DNA of 64,000 bases from Trichosphaerium sp. ATCC 40318 (taxonomy: Eukaryota; Protista; Tubulinea), in assembly GCA_038496445.1 (NCBI GenBank), contig JALMLS010000471.1, positions 62,001 to 126,000 of the forward strand, written 5' to 3'. Positions 63,858 to 64,000 of this stretch are shown here, piece after piece; position 1 is the stretch's first letter; each line of letters begins with the position of its first letter. The notes below the pieces were generated by a model. The model was not told the DNA's origin. It saw only the letters and a program-made list of their open reading frames with translations, and made no database searches. A program made the position numbers and the translations under genes.

Positions 63858-64000
63858 ATGAAAGCTCTTCTTGCTCTAGTATTGTTTCTACTATCGTTCG
63901 GAGTTCTTTGCAGAGCTCAAAACAGAACTACATTCCGTATAGGAAGCGTATATCCAGCGGAAGGGACTATTGTTCGTTTAAGCAATCTAGTACTTGATGG
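63858..64000 (+). CDS. Second tandem class C GPCR paralogue (5' end only, truncated by the window)
   Basis: MKALLALVLFLLSFGVLCRAQNRTTFRIGSVYPAEG is nearly identical to the N-terminus of the gene at 59420. Confidence 0.85.
   Translation, partial: MKALLALVLFLLSFGVLCRAQNRTTFRIGSVYPAEGTIVRLSNLVLD

Noticed and set aside
1-64000. tRNA, rRNA, CRISPR arrays or a reassigned genetic code
   Set aside because: No cloverleaf, rRNA-like or repeat-spacer pattern was seen. Conserved genes end in TAA, TAG or TGA, and internal stops resolve as introns.

Overview
AT-rich, gene-dense eukaryotic DNA with many short GT-AG introns (frequent GTAC/GTAAG donors, CTAAC-like branch points) and the standard genetic code. 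It is probably a free-living protist; the Grl-like class C GPCRs and LRR-DUSP suggest an amoeba, but this is inference. Recognisable genes: a bHLH factor, RPS15 head-to-head with ASCC2, an F-box gene, a Rad5/16-like SNF2 ATPase, a large secreted vWA-like surface protein, condensin CAP-G, an F-box-Hint(Vint) protein, an LRR dual-specificity phosphatase, a DENN-RGS fusion, separase, and two tandem class C GPCRs. An accessory zone (about 25-37 kb) holds at least four different TIR elements, decayed F-box/LRR genes and one copy of a segment duplicated at about 57.7-58.9 kb. Most notable: (1) an F-box protein ending in an apparently catalytically intact Hint/Vint autoprocessing domain; (2) a separase with inserted SAM and SAP domains; (3) a 1.36-kb TIR element carrying PHD+SAP and a piggyBac-like motif, inserted into a secreted cationic peptide gene that can be reconstructed in frame; (4) a SNF2 enzyme with SAP where the RING normally sits; (5) strong over-representation of CACGTG. 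All exon joins were assembled by eye and no database searches were run.
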